DNA from: Lama glama
Lineage: Eukaryota
Direction: 5' to 3'
Assembly (NCBI GenBank): GCA_028534125.1
Contig: CM052817.1
Span: forward strand, 36,024,001-36,088,000
Length of the DNA: 64,000 nt
Both the position numbers and the translations under genes were made by a program. Position 1 is the first letter of the stretch. Every line of letters starts with the position of its first letter. A model generated the notes under the pieces. The model worked only from the letters and a program-made list of their open reading frames with translations. It made no database searches and was not told the DNA's origin. Shown in pieces: positions 25,845 to 39,094 of the stretch.

Positions 25845-26699
25845 AATACAGGTGCTAATGGCTCTAAATAAGCCTCAACCCATATTCATTGGTCACAGTA
25901 AAAACCTGAAGAGGATCCAGGAACTGAGGGAAGAAAACTGTCTTCCTTCTTTCTTTCCTTAGGGTATGCCCTAGACTTCCCACTGCACTTGCTGTGTTCT
26001 TGACCTCTGTTAAAAAAAGCTCAAGTTCAGGTCATTGTATGAGGATGAATAGTTATGTGGTAGAAGCAACTGTTAAGTTATTTTTCTTTTCAAAGGTTAA
26101 TGGGTTCAGGAACCATGCATCGTTTATGAAGATTTTCTTCACTGATGAGATTATCACAGTTGTATTTTCTTAAATGTCTTTAGAAATGCTTATACCTATT
26201 AGCAAAGTAAACTGGAAACTTAAAATAATGTAGGGTTTTGAGAAACTCTAATGGCAATGTAATTTAATTTTCAATATGGAAATTAATAGAAAGAGTAATT
26301 TAATAAGCATTAAATTTTACTAAGACTCCAAGTCATTTTAAAATCACTGTTAATGGATGTGCATATATTTTATGTTGCTTCAATTAATGTGTACATTCTA
26401 ATTAGTATTCTGCTTTTTCCGTTTGTTATCATTTCACTTTGTGTTTTCACAAATAAACCTGCTTTGCGTGCTTATTCCTTTAATAATGAAAGTAATAGCT
26501 GTGGTAGCAGCAGTAATAGTGACGATGGTGACAGCTAACATGGATCGAGTGCCAGACTCTGTACTAACTACTTAATATGTTCTCTAATGATCATAATGTT
26601 TCATCTGCTGCCACACCATATTTAGCCATTTGAATATATGGAACTGCCTCCATCATTTATATAGAAAGCACTACTAGGGAAGTGTTAACAAAGAATGAC

Positions 26700-29570
26700 T
26701 TGACTGTTAAAGAGTATTATTTCCTTAGGTTTTATTACCTATAGTAGAACTAACAGATATGAATTGTTTTATGACTAATGTACCCTAATGTACCATCTCT
26801 CCACCCTATTTTGAAACAATCATTTCTACGCGTGTTATTATAGCCTAAGTGCGTACCCATATATTTACACACAATATATATTATGTTTTTGCAGGTTTTA
26901 CAACTTTATATATAAAAGTATACAGCATGTCACCTTCTGCAGCTATCTTTGTTCAATGCGCTCTATCAATATTCACTTTCAGTAAGAATATTGTTTATTT
27001 AGGTATTATTCCAAGTTTTTCTGATACTTGAGTTGTTTCCAATGTTTAGATAATTTTCAATATTTCGCTATTACAAACCAATTTTAAGTGAGTGTTTTCA
27101 TATGACACCTTTTATGTACCTGCAGTAGTAGGGTCGTAAGTGGGGACTGCTCTGTCCACGTATTACATGTGCACTCTTAAAATGTGCCAGTTTACGTGCT
27201 CAGCAGCTCAACAGTGCTCAACAGTGTGTGACTGTTTCCATTTCTCACATCCTCACAAATCCTTGGTAATATCAGAGTCTTTGCAGTTGTTCCCCCCAAG
27301 TCTGATGAGTGTGGGATGCATCTTGCTATTGCCTGAATTTGGATTTCTCTGATTTCTGATTGTCACAGAGACATTTATATTTCACTGAATATCCATGTGT
27401 TTCTCTGACGTTTCCCAGCTCCACTGCAGGTAGGTGAGGCCAGCCAACTACTTTGGGCCAATAGGCTGTGAGCAGAAGTGACAAGTGTCACTTCAAGGGC
27501 AGAGATTCAAAAATTTGTGCACAACTTCTCCTGCCCTTTCTTCAGTCCACCAACTAGACAGTGGAACCTGGGTCCTCTGGTGACTTCTGTGGAGCAGAGC
27601 CACCTGTCAGCTTGGATTGGCTCTGTGTCGTGACTGAGAAGTAAACCTGTTCTGTTAAGCCCCTGAGATCTCTGACTTAGTCTGTGGCTTCACTGTAATG
27701 TAATGTAGTCCACTATGCAGGCAGTGTGTATTTCGTGTGTTTATGTTTTCCTGTGTTTATGAGACTTAGGTCATATCTTTGATTATTAATCTGTGTACTG
27801 CTTTCCCCCAACATAGCAAATTTTGCTACTGGGTTGTTTGTCTTTTTCTTAAAGATTTATAAGAGTTTGTTAGCTATTGTTAGTTATATGTGTTCCAAAT
27901 ACTTTGACTCAGTTTTTTGGTTTTCTTTTCACATTGAACATAGTGTCTTTTACTGCATGAAAGCTTTTTATTTCAGTGTAGTCAGATTCATCAATGTTTA
28001 GTTTTTGTGCTTTTTTACATCTTGCTTAAGAAATCCTTGTCTACTTTGAGGTCACGAAGAAAGTTTTTTAAATTGTTTTCCAAAAGTTTTAACTTTTGCT
28101 TTGCTTGTGTATGGGTCTCAATCCATTTGAAATTAAGTTTTGTGTAAAGACAAAGTAGGGATATAATTTTATTTATTAAATCAGTCAGCATTTGTTCAGT
28201 AGTTCATCTTTCTTCCACTTTTTGATATATCATTTTCATTATATATCAAATATTTTTATGTCTTTTTCTGGACTGTATTATTTGTTGTTTATCTGTGTAT
28301 CCTATGTCATTACCACAGTGTCTTAATTAGTGCTATCTGGTAGGATAAGTCTCTTCAACTTTGTTCTTCTTAAAAATTATCTTGGCCATTCTTGAACCTT
28401 GGCTTTTGCAGTTGAATATTGTCAAGTTTCATGAGAAATTTTCGTTAGAACTCAAATTGAATTGGTAGATCAATTTTATGAGAATTGGTCTTCAATCCAT
28501 GACTGTCATATAACTTTCCACTTACTCAGGTCCTCTTTAATGTCTTTTGATTTTAAAAATATATATTTAATTTTCTTCTTAAATGTCCTGGATAGCTCAC
28601 ATTTTGCAAATGTTATAGATGGAATACTTACTGTCTTCAAACTTTGTTGCTGATATTTAGTGTTTAAACTGATTTTTATTGTTGACATTGTATTTGGAAA
28701 CCTTGCCAAATTCTTATTCATTCTAATATTTTGTTGAGCAATTCTCTTTGACTTCCTTTGTACACAGTCATATCATCTGGAAATAATGAGGATGGATTGT
28801 TTATTCCTTCTGAAGTCTTTTATCATTTAATTTCTTTTTTCTCATTATATGTTCTAGGATTCCCAGTAAAAGTTTAAATAGAAATGGTGATAGCATGCTT
28901 TCTTGAGTTGCTTCCTGATTTTAAGGGAAAGTTTCTACTTTTGACTTTTAAGTATTATCATGGCATATTTCTTTTTCTTTCTCTCTCTCTCTCTTTTTTT
29001 TTTTTTTGGTATTTCTTTGACAATGCCAGGCACATATCAGACCTTCAAAAAAGGCTTGAAGATGAACAGATATTTAATTGCTTATTTTGTCTCACATAAA
29101 AGTAGTTAGTGTTCATATGTTTTCATATGTTTTTCTTCACATGTACACTTACTAGGTTTACAATATTTGCTGTAGATGTTTGGTAGACTTATTTTATACA
29201 CCTAAGGAGGTTCCCTTATATTTATGCTTTGCTAAGAATTTTTATCTTGAGTGAAAAATTTTAGTGAATGTTTTCTTTTGCATCTGATAAGATAATTACA
29301 TGGTTTTTCTTCCTTATTCCTTTATCATGGGGAGTTACAGATTGTCTAACCTTAAACCAGCACTGCATCACTAGAATAAACCAGTTCTGAACCTGGCCTT
29401 GATACATATTTTTAAATACCTTGCAAGTTTTGGACAGTTGATATTTTGTTTAGTATTTTTGCATCTAGGTTTTTAAATACGTTTTGTTTTATCTACTTTT
29501 GGTATAAAGGTTATAGGGCCTAGTGAAATCAATTGAGGAGAGTGTTTTCTAATCTGTGAAACAGTTTAAG
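26700..29570 (-). mobile_element. Old L1ME-like element, 3' UTR and ORF2 relic, interrupted by an MLT1 LTR
   Basis: T-rich antisense L1 text; ORF 28506-28721 contains ...DIKEDLSKWKVI (L1 ORF2 IKEDLNKWKDI). Confidence 0.8.
27400..27700 (+). mobile_element. MLT1-type LTR relic
   Basis: ttgggccaataggctgtgagcagaagtgacaagtgtcacttc...gagaagtaaacctgttctgttaagcccctgagat. Confidence 0.85.
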
Positions 29571-30024
29571 ACGGAAGGTTTATGAAGGGAAGTAGTAAAA
29601 GATAAACTCTGAAAGACAGGCTGCAGCCAAATTGCAGAGGGGTGTGATTGTTAAATCTTGCATTAAGATTGCCATGCTGTGTGACAAAAGTTATGAAAAT
29701 AAACAGCAAACAGAAACAAATGTAAAGCATAAAAGAAAATTAATTTTTGTGCAACAGAGAAAGGGTTTTTGTGCAACAGAGAAGGGGGTTTAGAATAGCA
29801 ACAAAAGAAGGCACACATATGAACAAAAAGATGATAATTCTTAGAGGTTTTTTTTCTTTTTGGCCAAGTCAGGTGACTAAAGAAGGATGACTTTAATGAA
29901 TAGATCTTTGGCTTCCCAGTCTTATGGAAGCAACTCTGTCACTTAAAATTTGTGTGTTCTTAGGCACGTTGCAGAATATTTTGCAGTCTCAGTATTCTAA
30001 TTTATAAAAGTTAGTAACATAATA

Positions 30025-30620
30025 ATAGTCGTTTTAAGTGTCACTTATTGAGTATTTACTGTTTTCTAGACTGTGAAAAATACTTCTAATATTACTTTAT
30101 TAAATCCTCACAACACTATAGGATAGAAATAACTTTTCTCAGTCCATATTGCCTTGATTACACTTCAATAATAAAGCAATCTCAGAATCTTAGTGGTACA
30201 TTTGTTTCTTGCTCATGCAACCCGTCCGGTTTAGATTGACAAGGGAGCTCTGCTTATGCTGCTCGCCTGAGAACCTGTTCAGACAGCGCCCATCTCTGAT
30301 GTGGCCAGTTACTGTGCCAGAGGACAAAGAAAGAGTTCTGTAGGATCTTGCATTGACAATTGAATGCCTTGGCCGGGAAGTAACTCCATCACTTCTGGTC
30401 TTAACTCATTAGTTCAGAACTAATCATAATGCCCCACCCAGCCACAATGGAAATAGGGAATACAACCCTATGATGTGCCTGGAAGAAACCTGGCCAATAT
30501 TTGCCAACACCTTCATTTTCCTTCTTTCTTTCCAACTGAGAAAATGGAGCCTTAGAGAACCTAGTTAATTTTCCCATGAGTGCCCAGTATATTTGATCCT
30601 GAAGCTCAATCTCTTGACCC
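30025..30620 (-). mobile_element. MIR split by an MLT1 LTR
   Basis: cacttattgagtatttact...taaatcctcacaacactatagg before 30140; resumes ...caactgagaaaatggagccttagaga after 30510. Confidence 0.65.
30141..30510 (-). mobile_element. MLT1 (I/J-like) LTR relic
   Basis: aatcttagtggt...tttgtttcttgctcatgc...ggccgggaagtaactccatcacttctg...aactaatcataatgccccaccca...atgtgcctggaag. Confidence 0.8.
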
Positions 30621-31959
30621 TCGTAGTGCCTCGCATCTCTGTAGTCCTACATGCCATGTCGGGTTATACTCCCTCCTCTGCAGATAAGTTGTGAGAATTA
30701 AAGGTAATATATATATAAGTAAGTGGTACACCGCCTGGGGATGGAGTAAGCATACAAGGCCTAGTGAAGTTAGCTATTTTCTTCTTTTACTTCTTAACCT
30801 GTAACTCAGCGTCTTGAAGTGCAAAAGCTCTGAACTGTTTTTACGTGACTGTGTGTTTTCTCTGTGATGACAGCAGCCCTTCTCAGTTACCAGAGTTAGA
30901 GTAAAGTCATCCGGTTACACACAACTTCTTATTCTCATCAGCCATTCTGAAAACCATTTTATGTATCAGCTAAGCTTTTGTGATGCTGGACCCTGCCAGG
31001 CTAACCTCTCAAACTCTCAATTGTGATAAGCTAACTAGGCTTTAGCGGGGCATCCTAGGAATCTGATGCCTAACTGATAACTTAGCTATTGCCGTGGAAA
31101 TCTGTAGGTTAAATCTCATGTCATCGGGCCATGGAGTTTGGACTTTTCCCTCATTGTAATAACTGTTTATTCATTGTCCCACACCATCAGATGCAGATGT
31201 ACAACTGCTTGTTTGTTAAGGGCTCTCATACTCAGAATTTACAGACATTAAATAGCTTTATAAATGCTAAAGAAGATTCTTAAAGCCACCACTGAATACT
31301 GCCATGATTCTTAAAATCCTCGATCATTAGCTTTCCTTAGTAATTATGTTGAAAACCAATATTGAGAAAATTTTGTTTACTTTGCATCTCAAATGTTCAT
31401 GGAGTGAATTTTAAGTAAGAGAATAAAATTCTAGATGTGGAGTATAACTGACTCCTTTAAATTGATTTACTGAAGCAACTATACTTTCTATTTTAAGAGA
31501 GAATATGGTACATAAAATAAAGTTAATCAATATGTGTCTACAAAAGAAAAAAATTACTGGTATAGTGTCCCCCGTTGTCTTTATCTAATTCCTATTTCCA
31601 AATTAAATAGATGACTGCTTTTATAAGCAGTCTTTTTATGGAAATGTAATTTCTCTTAAAAGTACCAAATGGCTTTAACTAAAATATATAACCCTTCTTC
31701 AGGGAGTGGGTCAGCAAATGTTCAAAAAGAGAAAAGATTTGTTTGTTCAGCTAAGTAAACTCGGGGTGAGCCCCACCATTGGTCCCACTGAGGGGCCTTG
31801 GTAAGGGATGGATACAGTATAAGGAGTAAGAAGTGTAAGATAAGATAGAAGGGAAAGTGGAGGTAAACTGAGGAGGACTTTGAATAGGAGATTTGTACTC
31901 ACAAATTTAAACCTTATTAAATAGACAGTGCAGAACCACTGAAGATTTTTTGTTGTTGT

Positions 31960-32530
31960 TAACTCTTATAAAAGTCAAATAACATTGAAAAAAGACAGTA
32001 AAGGAAAAAGGCAAAAATCCAGCTCCCCTCTTTTCTACCTTTATTAATATGATCACTGTTAGAATTTTGATGTGTAATTTTTTTGCCTGTTTTCCTGCAT
32101 GTCTGTGGATGTATTTGAAAGATACATTCGTATTTGACAAGCAATTTTACTTTCTTCTGTTTTCCCTTCATGTATTTATTATAAGCATTGTCTGTATTAG
32201 TACAGACTTCATAATAACAATGATGATCGTTCTCATATTATTATATGTCAGATTTTCAGTAATGTAATATTCACTTTTATAAATACTGCATGGTTAGACA
32301 TTTTCCAGCATAAGATTTGTTTCTCAGCTAGAGTTATTTCCTCAGGACTGATTGCTGAAAGTGGATTTGCCAGTTCAAAAAGGTATAAATATTTTTATGG
32401 CCCTTCAAGCCTCTTTCTAAGTTAAATTTTTACTAAAGAGTTATAAAAATTTACACAGCCACTGGAAAATATGAGAGCGCCATTTCCATCCAGCCTCGAC
32501 GGCATTAGGTATTATGATTTAATCATTGCC
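31960..32530 (-). mobile_element. L1ME-like fragments
   Basis: atcactgttagaattttgatgtgt; atttcctcaggactgattgctgaaagtggattt...tttacacagccactgg. Confidence 0.5.
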
Positions 32531-32959
32531 TGTGAGCAGAGTTGTTTTTTATTCCCCCATCTCGTTCATACCACAGAATTACAGTACTCCACTTTTCAAA
32601 CTATTATCCCCTTAACTTTAAATTTTCATCATTACAGCTCATTTTCACAACAGAAATATTTAGTGTCCTTAGGGAAGGAAGAGGCACAGAGAAGTGATTT
32701 GCCTTAGCTCACAGGCTCAGGATAGAAACGTAAATTTAGACTGCCAAAGTCTCAGGTTAGAGTTAATCTTGGGTTTTGAAAATTGGCATAATTAGAATGT
32801 AAATATATGAATTATGCATATTATTGCAAGCAGCGATTTTGCTTACATATTCTGAATTTTGTGCAGCTTTTGATGTTAGTCCTTTTGGTCGTTTCGTGCT
32901 GAGTCATGTCTGTTGTGATTGTTTCTCCTCTCTGCCTGACCAGGCATTTAGCCTGCATT

Positions 32960-34400
32960 AGTTATTTATTTTCTCAAAATACTAGTTGCCTACCATATGA
33001 CAGGCCTTGCACTAAAAGCTAAGTGCTTAGATATTCGACTTGACACACGGAGTTTTCAATCCAGTGAGGAACAAGACTAACCCTCAAATATTTAGTTGCA
33101 AATTGGGTAAATTGTTAGGAAGGAAAATAGAATGCCCTGACAACTTGTAACAATGGCATCTGATTTAAACTCATGCATCCAGGGAGGAATTCTTGAAGGA
33201 AGTTATATTTCTTTTCTGGAAGGAAGATGAGTGAGAATACGTGAGGGAAGGACGGGGCGGAGGGGAGAAGATTTCCCAGCGTTGTAACAACACGTGAGAA
33301 GGGCCTGGGGCTGGATTACTGAGCAGAGGCCGCTGGGAGGAGGCTGAAGCCTGGGGAGAAAAGTGGAGAGGACCTCCACGTAAGGCTGGAGCAGGGCTTT
33401 GCAGGCTGTTAAGCATTTGGCCATTTTGCCGAAATGAAATGAGAAACCACTGATAAACTTTAAATAAGGAAAATTATAACAATGTTTATGTTTAGAAAAT
33501 ATAAATCTGGCTCCTATTTGGTGAATACAGTCCAGAGAGAACAAAAGTTCAAGTAGGAAAACCGATCAGGAAGTCTTTGCAGTTGTCCAGCAACAACGTA
33601 GGAAGCCTGGAATGGATAGAGATGAAGAGAAGTAGACTTACTTGGGATTTTTCTGAATGACAGAATTAGAACTTGGTCATGGATTTGGTGTAAGAGGTAA
33701 AAGAAAGTCATGCCAAAGGTGACTCTCAGGTCCCTGGTCTGGGAAATGAGGTGGTTGGAGACCATGTACATGACGGTTTGAACTCTGGCCCTGCTGTGTG
33801 CTCTGTAAGCTCTCTGTTATTTAGTTTCACTATCCTCTAAATGTAGATGTTAACTGAAGATCATGTTTGAATGTAGAAGAGAGGTCTGGACAAAGATGCA
33901 AATTTAAGAATCATTAGCATATTGATGGCATTTGGTGCATAAATGAGGAGTCCTAATCTTTTCTGTATTATAATATGAGAACTAAGGAAAGGCAGGTGAT
34001 TACTACTATGCCTGTGTTGAAGTCGTTGAGAGATTATGAACACACTGAGTAGCCAAGATAGAACTTGCATTGTAGGAGGGTGTGTGTTGCAGAGGGAACA
34101 GCAGGTACAAAGGGAAGGAGATAAGGAAAGTGTATGTATTTAGAGACTTGCAAAAATCTTGATCGTAGAGAGTGGCAGGAAGTGAACTTGCAGAAATAGT
34201 CTGGTGGAATTTATGGGATGCTAAAGAGTGTGGATTATAGACTATGGAAAGTGGAAAGCCATTGAACTATTTTAATCAGGGAATAAGATCAGATCACCCC
34301 TGTCAACAGAGTGGATTGAAAAGGGGGAGACTCATGAGGAAGTTACTGTCCAAATGAGCTATGGGAAAGGCCTAAACCAAAGTGACAGATTGGGAAGGAA
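32960..34400 (-). mobile_element. L2 3' regions with a small MIR fragment (about 33770-33855)
   Basis: tactagttgcctaccatatgacaggccttgcactaa...gagaaaccactgataaactttaa...aaggtgactctcaggtccctggtctggg...aatttaagaatcattagcata. Confidence 0.8.
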
Positions 34401-34419
34401 AATAAACAGAGAAAAGCCT

Positions 34420-35579
34420 CAGGTCTTTATGCTGTAGTTGTCAGATGTATTATATTTTTATAACTCCACAGAACAGTGTTAAAATTCTTGCTTTAAAGAG
34501 TCATATGTATTTCAGATAAATCAGGAGAAACACAGGTTTTACATTTCCACACATAGCTGGTTACCATTTCTGGTGCTCTTCATTCCTTCCTGCAGCTGTC
34601 CGCTTCTGTTACCATTTCTGTGCAACAGAATCTTCTTTAGCATTTTTTACAGTGCTGATCTGCTGGTAATGAAATACTAGTTTTGTTTATCTAAGGATGA
34701 TGACTTCATTTAACTTTCAATCTTGAAGAATACTCTTTGACATATAGAGAGTTCTGTGTTTACAGTTGTTTGTTGTTCTTTTTTTCCTTTCAGCCCTTTA
34801 AAACTGTCATTCCATTGTCTTCCAGTCTCTCTTTGTTTCTTTTTTTCTGGTAAGTTCGGAACCATTGTGTCATTGTTTCTGTATACATAAACTATCATTT
34901 GTCTCTGGCTGCTTTAAATATTTCACTTTATCTTCGGTTTTCTGCAGTGTTTTCTGATGTGTTTAAGTGGATTTTCTTTTATCCTGCTTGAGATTTACTG
35001 CAATTTTTTAACTGTAAATTTTGTCTTTAACAAATTTAGGATGTTTTAAACTATTATTTCTTTTAAAGTATTTTTTTCTGTCTCGATCTCTCTTACCTCC
35101 TTTTGGGGTTCTTAGTAGCTTTATGTTAGACCTTATGATATTGTCCCACAGGTACTGTTAAATACTTTTTTCTGTTCTTCTGATTGTGTATCACCTAATG
35201 TTTTGTCTTAAAGTTTAATGACTCTTCTGTCATCTCGAATCTGTTGGAAGCCTATCTTGTGAATTTTTCTCTCAGATACTGTTTCTTAAATTTATTTATA
35301 GAAACTCTATTTGGTAGTTTTATTTTATAGATTCTGTTTTCCCTACTGGTACTTCCTGTTGGAACATAATGATTATAAGCAAATTTTCCTTTAAGTCCTT
35401 GAGCTTTTGCAGTTATACTAGCTGCTGAAAATTCTTTGTTAGCTAAATCCTTTATCTGGATAATTGCAGTGCAGAGTTCTTTGGTTTCCTTTTTCTTGTA
35501 TACGAGAAACAGTTTTCCTGGTTCTGTACATGTCTAATAATTTATTATTATGTCCTGACTGTTGTGAATAACAATTTTA
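34420..35579 (-). mobile_element. Old L1M ORF1 relic
   Basis: ORF 34710-34898 (ETGRQWNDSFKGLKGK) resembles the L1 ORF1 C-terminus; tcttctttagcatttt...ctgctggtaatgaa motif. Confidence 0.8.
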
Positions 35580-35581
35580 TA

Positions 35582-35957
35582 CAGCCGAATTTAGTAATTC
35601 GTTTGATTTTGTTGTATTTGGTAAAGAAAATCTCCAAGCTCTCAGTGCTTCTGAGCACAAAAGGGCTATGATGTCTCCTGCAGGGAATATGTGTATTCAT
35701 GAGCATTGTGTGTACATAAGTTATAGTGCTGTTGGTTGTGAGTTCAATGTTAATCAACAAATATATTAAATAAGGTATCTTTAAAATAAACAAATATAAA
35801 ACACTATTCTATATTGATCAGTTGACAAAAATGTGATCAGAAGCCCATGGGAACCTAACCCTGTATTTTTTCTAGGAACAGTGATTCAGTATTCACTAAT
35901 TTAGTGTTCACAGCAACTGCACAAAACGTAACTAGCACAAATCATGAGAACCAGCTG
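35582..35957. mobile_element. Non-autonomous TcMar-Tigger DNA transposon with both ends
   Basis: TA|cagccgaatttagtaattcg ... caaatcatgagaaccagctg|TA, degenerate TIRs with TA duplication; internal agttatagtgctgttggttgtgagttcaatgttaat and ggaacctaaccctgtattt text typical of Tigger-derived MERs. Confidence 0.8.
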
Positions 35958-36486
35958 TATATTTAACTGTTTTGTGATACTCTGTTGTCTATCTATGTTT
36001 TATTTATCCATTGTCTTAGGTTTATGTTATTTTCAACTTCTTAATTGTAAAAAATGCTACAGAAACATTTTATATTAATATATTCATCAGGATATGTAGC
36101 TCATAGTGAAACTAAAGTGTCTACACACTTTTAGTAAGACTAGAGTTACCCTATTATTCTTTAAGATCTTTGTACTAATTGGTATTTCCACCAAGAGTAT
36201 ATGGGAGTTCCAATTCTCTACCAGCTGGGGAGCATGAGACATTATCAGTCTTAATCTCTCTGACTGAAACATAAAATGTCATTTTCCTGATATCCAGTGG
36301 GATGGAGAAAGTTTTATGTATTCTGGATTGTTCATAATTATATTTTGAAGGTTAATTATGTTTAAATAATTATATCAAATTCAGTAATTTCAAATAATTC
36401 AATATAAAATTGTATGTACAATATTGACCCTTTGATGGTTGTGAATAGAGACAAAAGAAAAAGCTGAAAGAAATGAGTGATACAGA

Positions 36487-36701
36487 ACATGGGCCAACAA
36501 ATTATGGCCTTCAGGCCAACTCCAGTCCACTACCTGTTTTTCTAAGTAAAGTTTTATTGGAACACTGCCATGCTCTTCACATATTGTCATGGCTGCTTTC
36601 AAATTGTTTTACAACAATGGAGTTGAGTAGTTTCAACACAACCCATAAAGCGATAAATATTTACTGTCTGGCCTTCTATAGAAAAAGTTCACCAACTCCT
36701 A
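36487..36701. mobile_element. MER58A-like hAT-Charlie element
   Basis: gtaaagttttattggaacactgccatgc...atatttactgtctggccttctatagaaaaagttcaccaactcct. Confidence 0.9.
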
Positions 36702-37435
36702 GCATAGAAGCATAATTGCTCTAGATCAAGGTAAACACCTAAGTTACTGCTAATCACTTTCCTCATTTGCTGTTACCATAGCAGATAAAACTCAGAATTT
36801 ATATGGTTGAAATTGTTTTGTATTCCATTGGGCTATTTAACAACTATGTTGTCATTTTAAAACTTACATAATCACTGTAAGGTATAAATTATTTATTAGC
36901 TGCAAGCAGGTGAACTTAACTTTTTTTACTTTAAAATCACATTCCATCCCATTTTTTAAAATAATTGTGCCTAACAGAACAACACTACTCTTCTAATTCC
37001 AATAATTAGGGAATCACACTGGTTTCTCCTTTAACTTTCCGTCTCATGAGTCACTTTTAGAGTGAATTGTTTCTCTGGCTTCTACTGAGATAGTGGCTAA
37101 GGCAAAAATAATAATAGACAACATGGATAAGGGAAATACATTTTCAAAAACTTATTATAATCTTGATCATGTTTCTCCTGCATTTACTTTGTTTCTGACT
37201 TACATTTGCTGAAGTCAAGGTAAGCATCCAATTAAAGAGTTTAAACATAAAGCAGAGAGCAAGTTCAACTCTTCATGATATTCTCAGATCCCAAAGTGTG
37301 AATCTGAAGAAGAGAATCAAATGAGGTTGTTTTTAACATCAAGAAGTAAATAAAATTTGAAATACATCGTGATAACACAACTAGAGGAGAGTAAATCGTT
37401 TATGTAAAAAAAATTGTGGTGATTAGATTTGTTTG

Positions 37436-37534
37436 TTAATTTAATTTAATTTAATTTTTAGAGGTGGTACCAGGGATTGAACCAGGACCCTGTGCACGCT
37501 AAGCATGTGCTCTACCACTTACCCTATACCCTCC
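37436..37534 (-). mobile_element. tRNA-Ala-derived camelid-type SINE (vic-1-like)
   Basis: Reverse complement ggagggtatagggtaagtggtagagcacatgcttagcgtgcacagggtcctggttcaatccctggtacc plus (TTAAA)n tail. Confidence 0.88.
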
Positions 37535-38099
37535 GCCCGTTCATTCATTCTTTCACTGAGCATCTGTTGGGCTTCTATACCAAGGCAATATATCAGACTG
37601 CTACATATTGATGTGACCCCCAGAACTCAACCATTATCTCTTCACAGGTATTTTATTTTTCTCTCTAGGTGGATATACATGAAATTTTTTTCTGATGTTA
37701 ATCACAAGTTGTTGATTACTTCTTTGAAATATACCCTGTGATGTTCTCCTGTCATGGAATAGCTAGAAATATTTGGGAGAGTATATTATTTATTTCCTCA
37801 TAGGTTTTACATCTGGACTTTTAGCAGTTACCACCTTTCAGTTTGATTAGTTACAGCTGTGAATGACAGAAAGAGACATTTCCATTTTTTTCTATTTAGC
37901 ACTTAAAAACCCACAGCAATGCTTTTTATAAAGGAAATCAGAATTTGTACATAAACATAGGTAACTCCTTGTTAAAATATCACAACTACAAGGCAGTTTT
38001 GGCAGTTACCTTGATCTAGTAACTCCCAAGCAAAGGTGTGATTCAGGGGAAAGACTAAAGAAATGTATCTGAACCTCTACCAGCATCCACTTCTGCCCA

Positions 38100-38345
38100 T
38101 CAAATAAATGCTAACTCGTCTTGCAAATGACCCTTCTTTGCAGCCTTTCCCGGCATCCTTCTCTCTGATGGAGATGATTGCACCCATTGTGGCCCATGTC
38201 AGTATAGCATTTTTTTGACTCCTATTCAGTGGAATGTAAGCTCTTTTCAGAACAAGGTTCTATGCTGTTCCTCCTTGTGTACATAGAGTCTGACATACTG
38301 CCTGGTATAGATATTCAATAAATGTTTCTTGTTTGAATGAATGAT
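38100..38345 (+). mobile_element. L2 3' end
   Basis: gaatgtaagctc...ctgcctggtatagatattcaataaatgtttcttgtttgaatgaatga. Confidence 0.8.
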
Positions 38346-39094
38346 TTATTCTCCCTCTCTGATTCTGTTCTCACAATTTATTCCAGTTTTTTGTTTACTT
38401 TTTGATCTTAAATACAACCCTAGTTGGTTCTCTTCTTCACATTCGCACTTTGAGATCTGAGAACATCATGAAAATTTGTACTTGTTCTCTATTTCATGTT
38501 AAAACTCTTTCATCAGAAGCTTACCCTGATGACTGTAGCCAGGCCTTTACTTATTCGTCCTGTTGACAGGGGTCTCACATCCCTTTATCCTATCATTTTT
38601 TTCCCTAAGTGAGAGAAGAGAAAAAGAAAAAAAAAACACAGTTATTTATGCCCATCATGTCCCCAGTCAGAGGTAGCTCTTTGTGACCATGTTATGTTGT
38701 ATGGAATGACAAAGACTGGTAACTAGCCTAGCAAACCTTAGATCTAACCAAACTGCTTAAACGGGATTCTTATCTACTGCTGGATTTGCTAAACAATTGA
38801 AAACAGGATAGCAGAGTTCAATATTTTTAAAAAAAAAAAGCTACTTTTAATTAGTAGTGTTTCACATCCTAAAAAATTTGTGTGAGTCCTTTTTACTGTA
38901 GAGCTTCTACAGAAAGTGATCTTGTCAATACCAATTCTGCCAAACATGCAGATGAATCAATAGACTTTAAGTTCATACTTTGCTGCTGAAAGCTATAGAA
39001 TTACCATGTGATTATTCCAGAGTTAATTTGGCTTGCATTTAAATCAGACATATTTTCAAAATAAGAATATAATTCAGATGGAACCAATAAGAAT

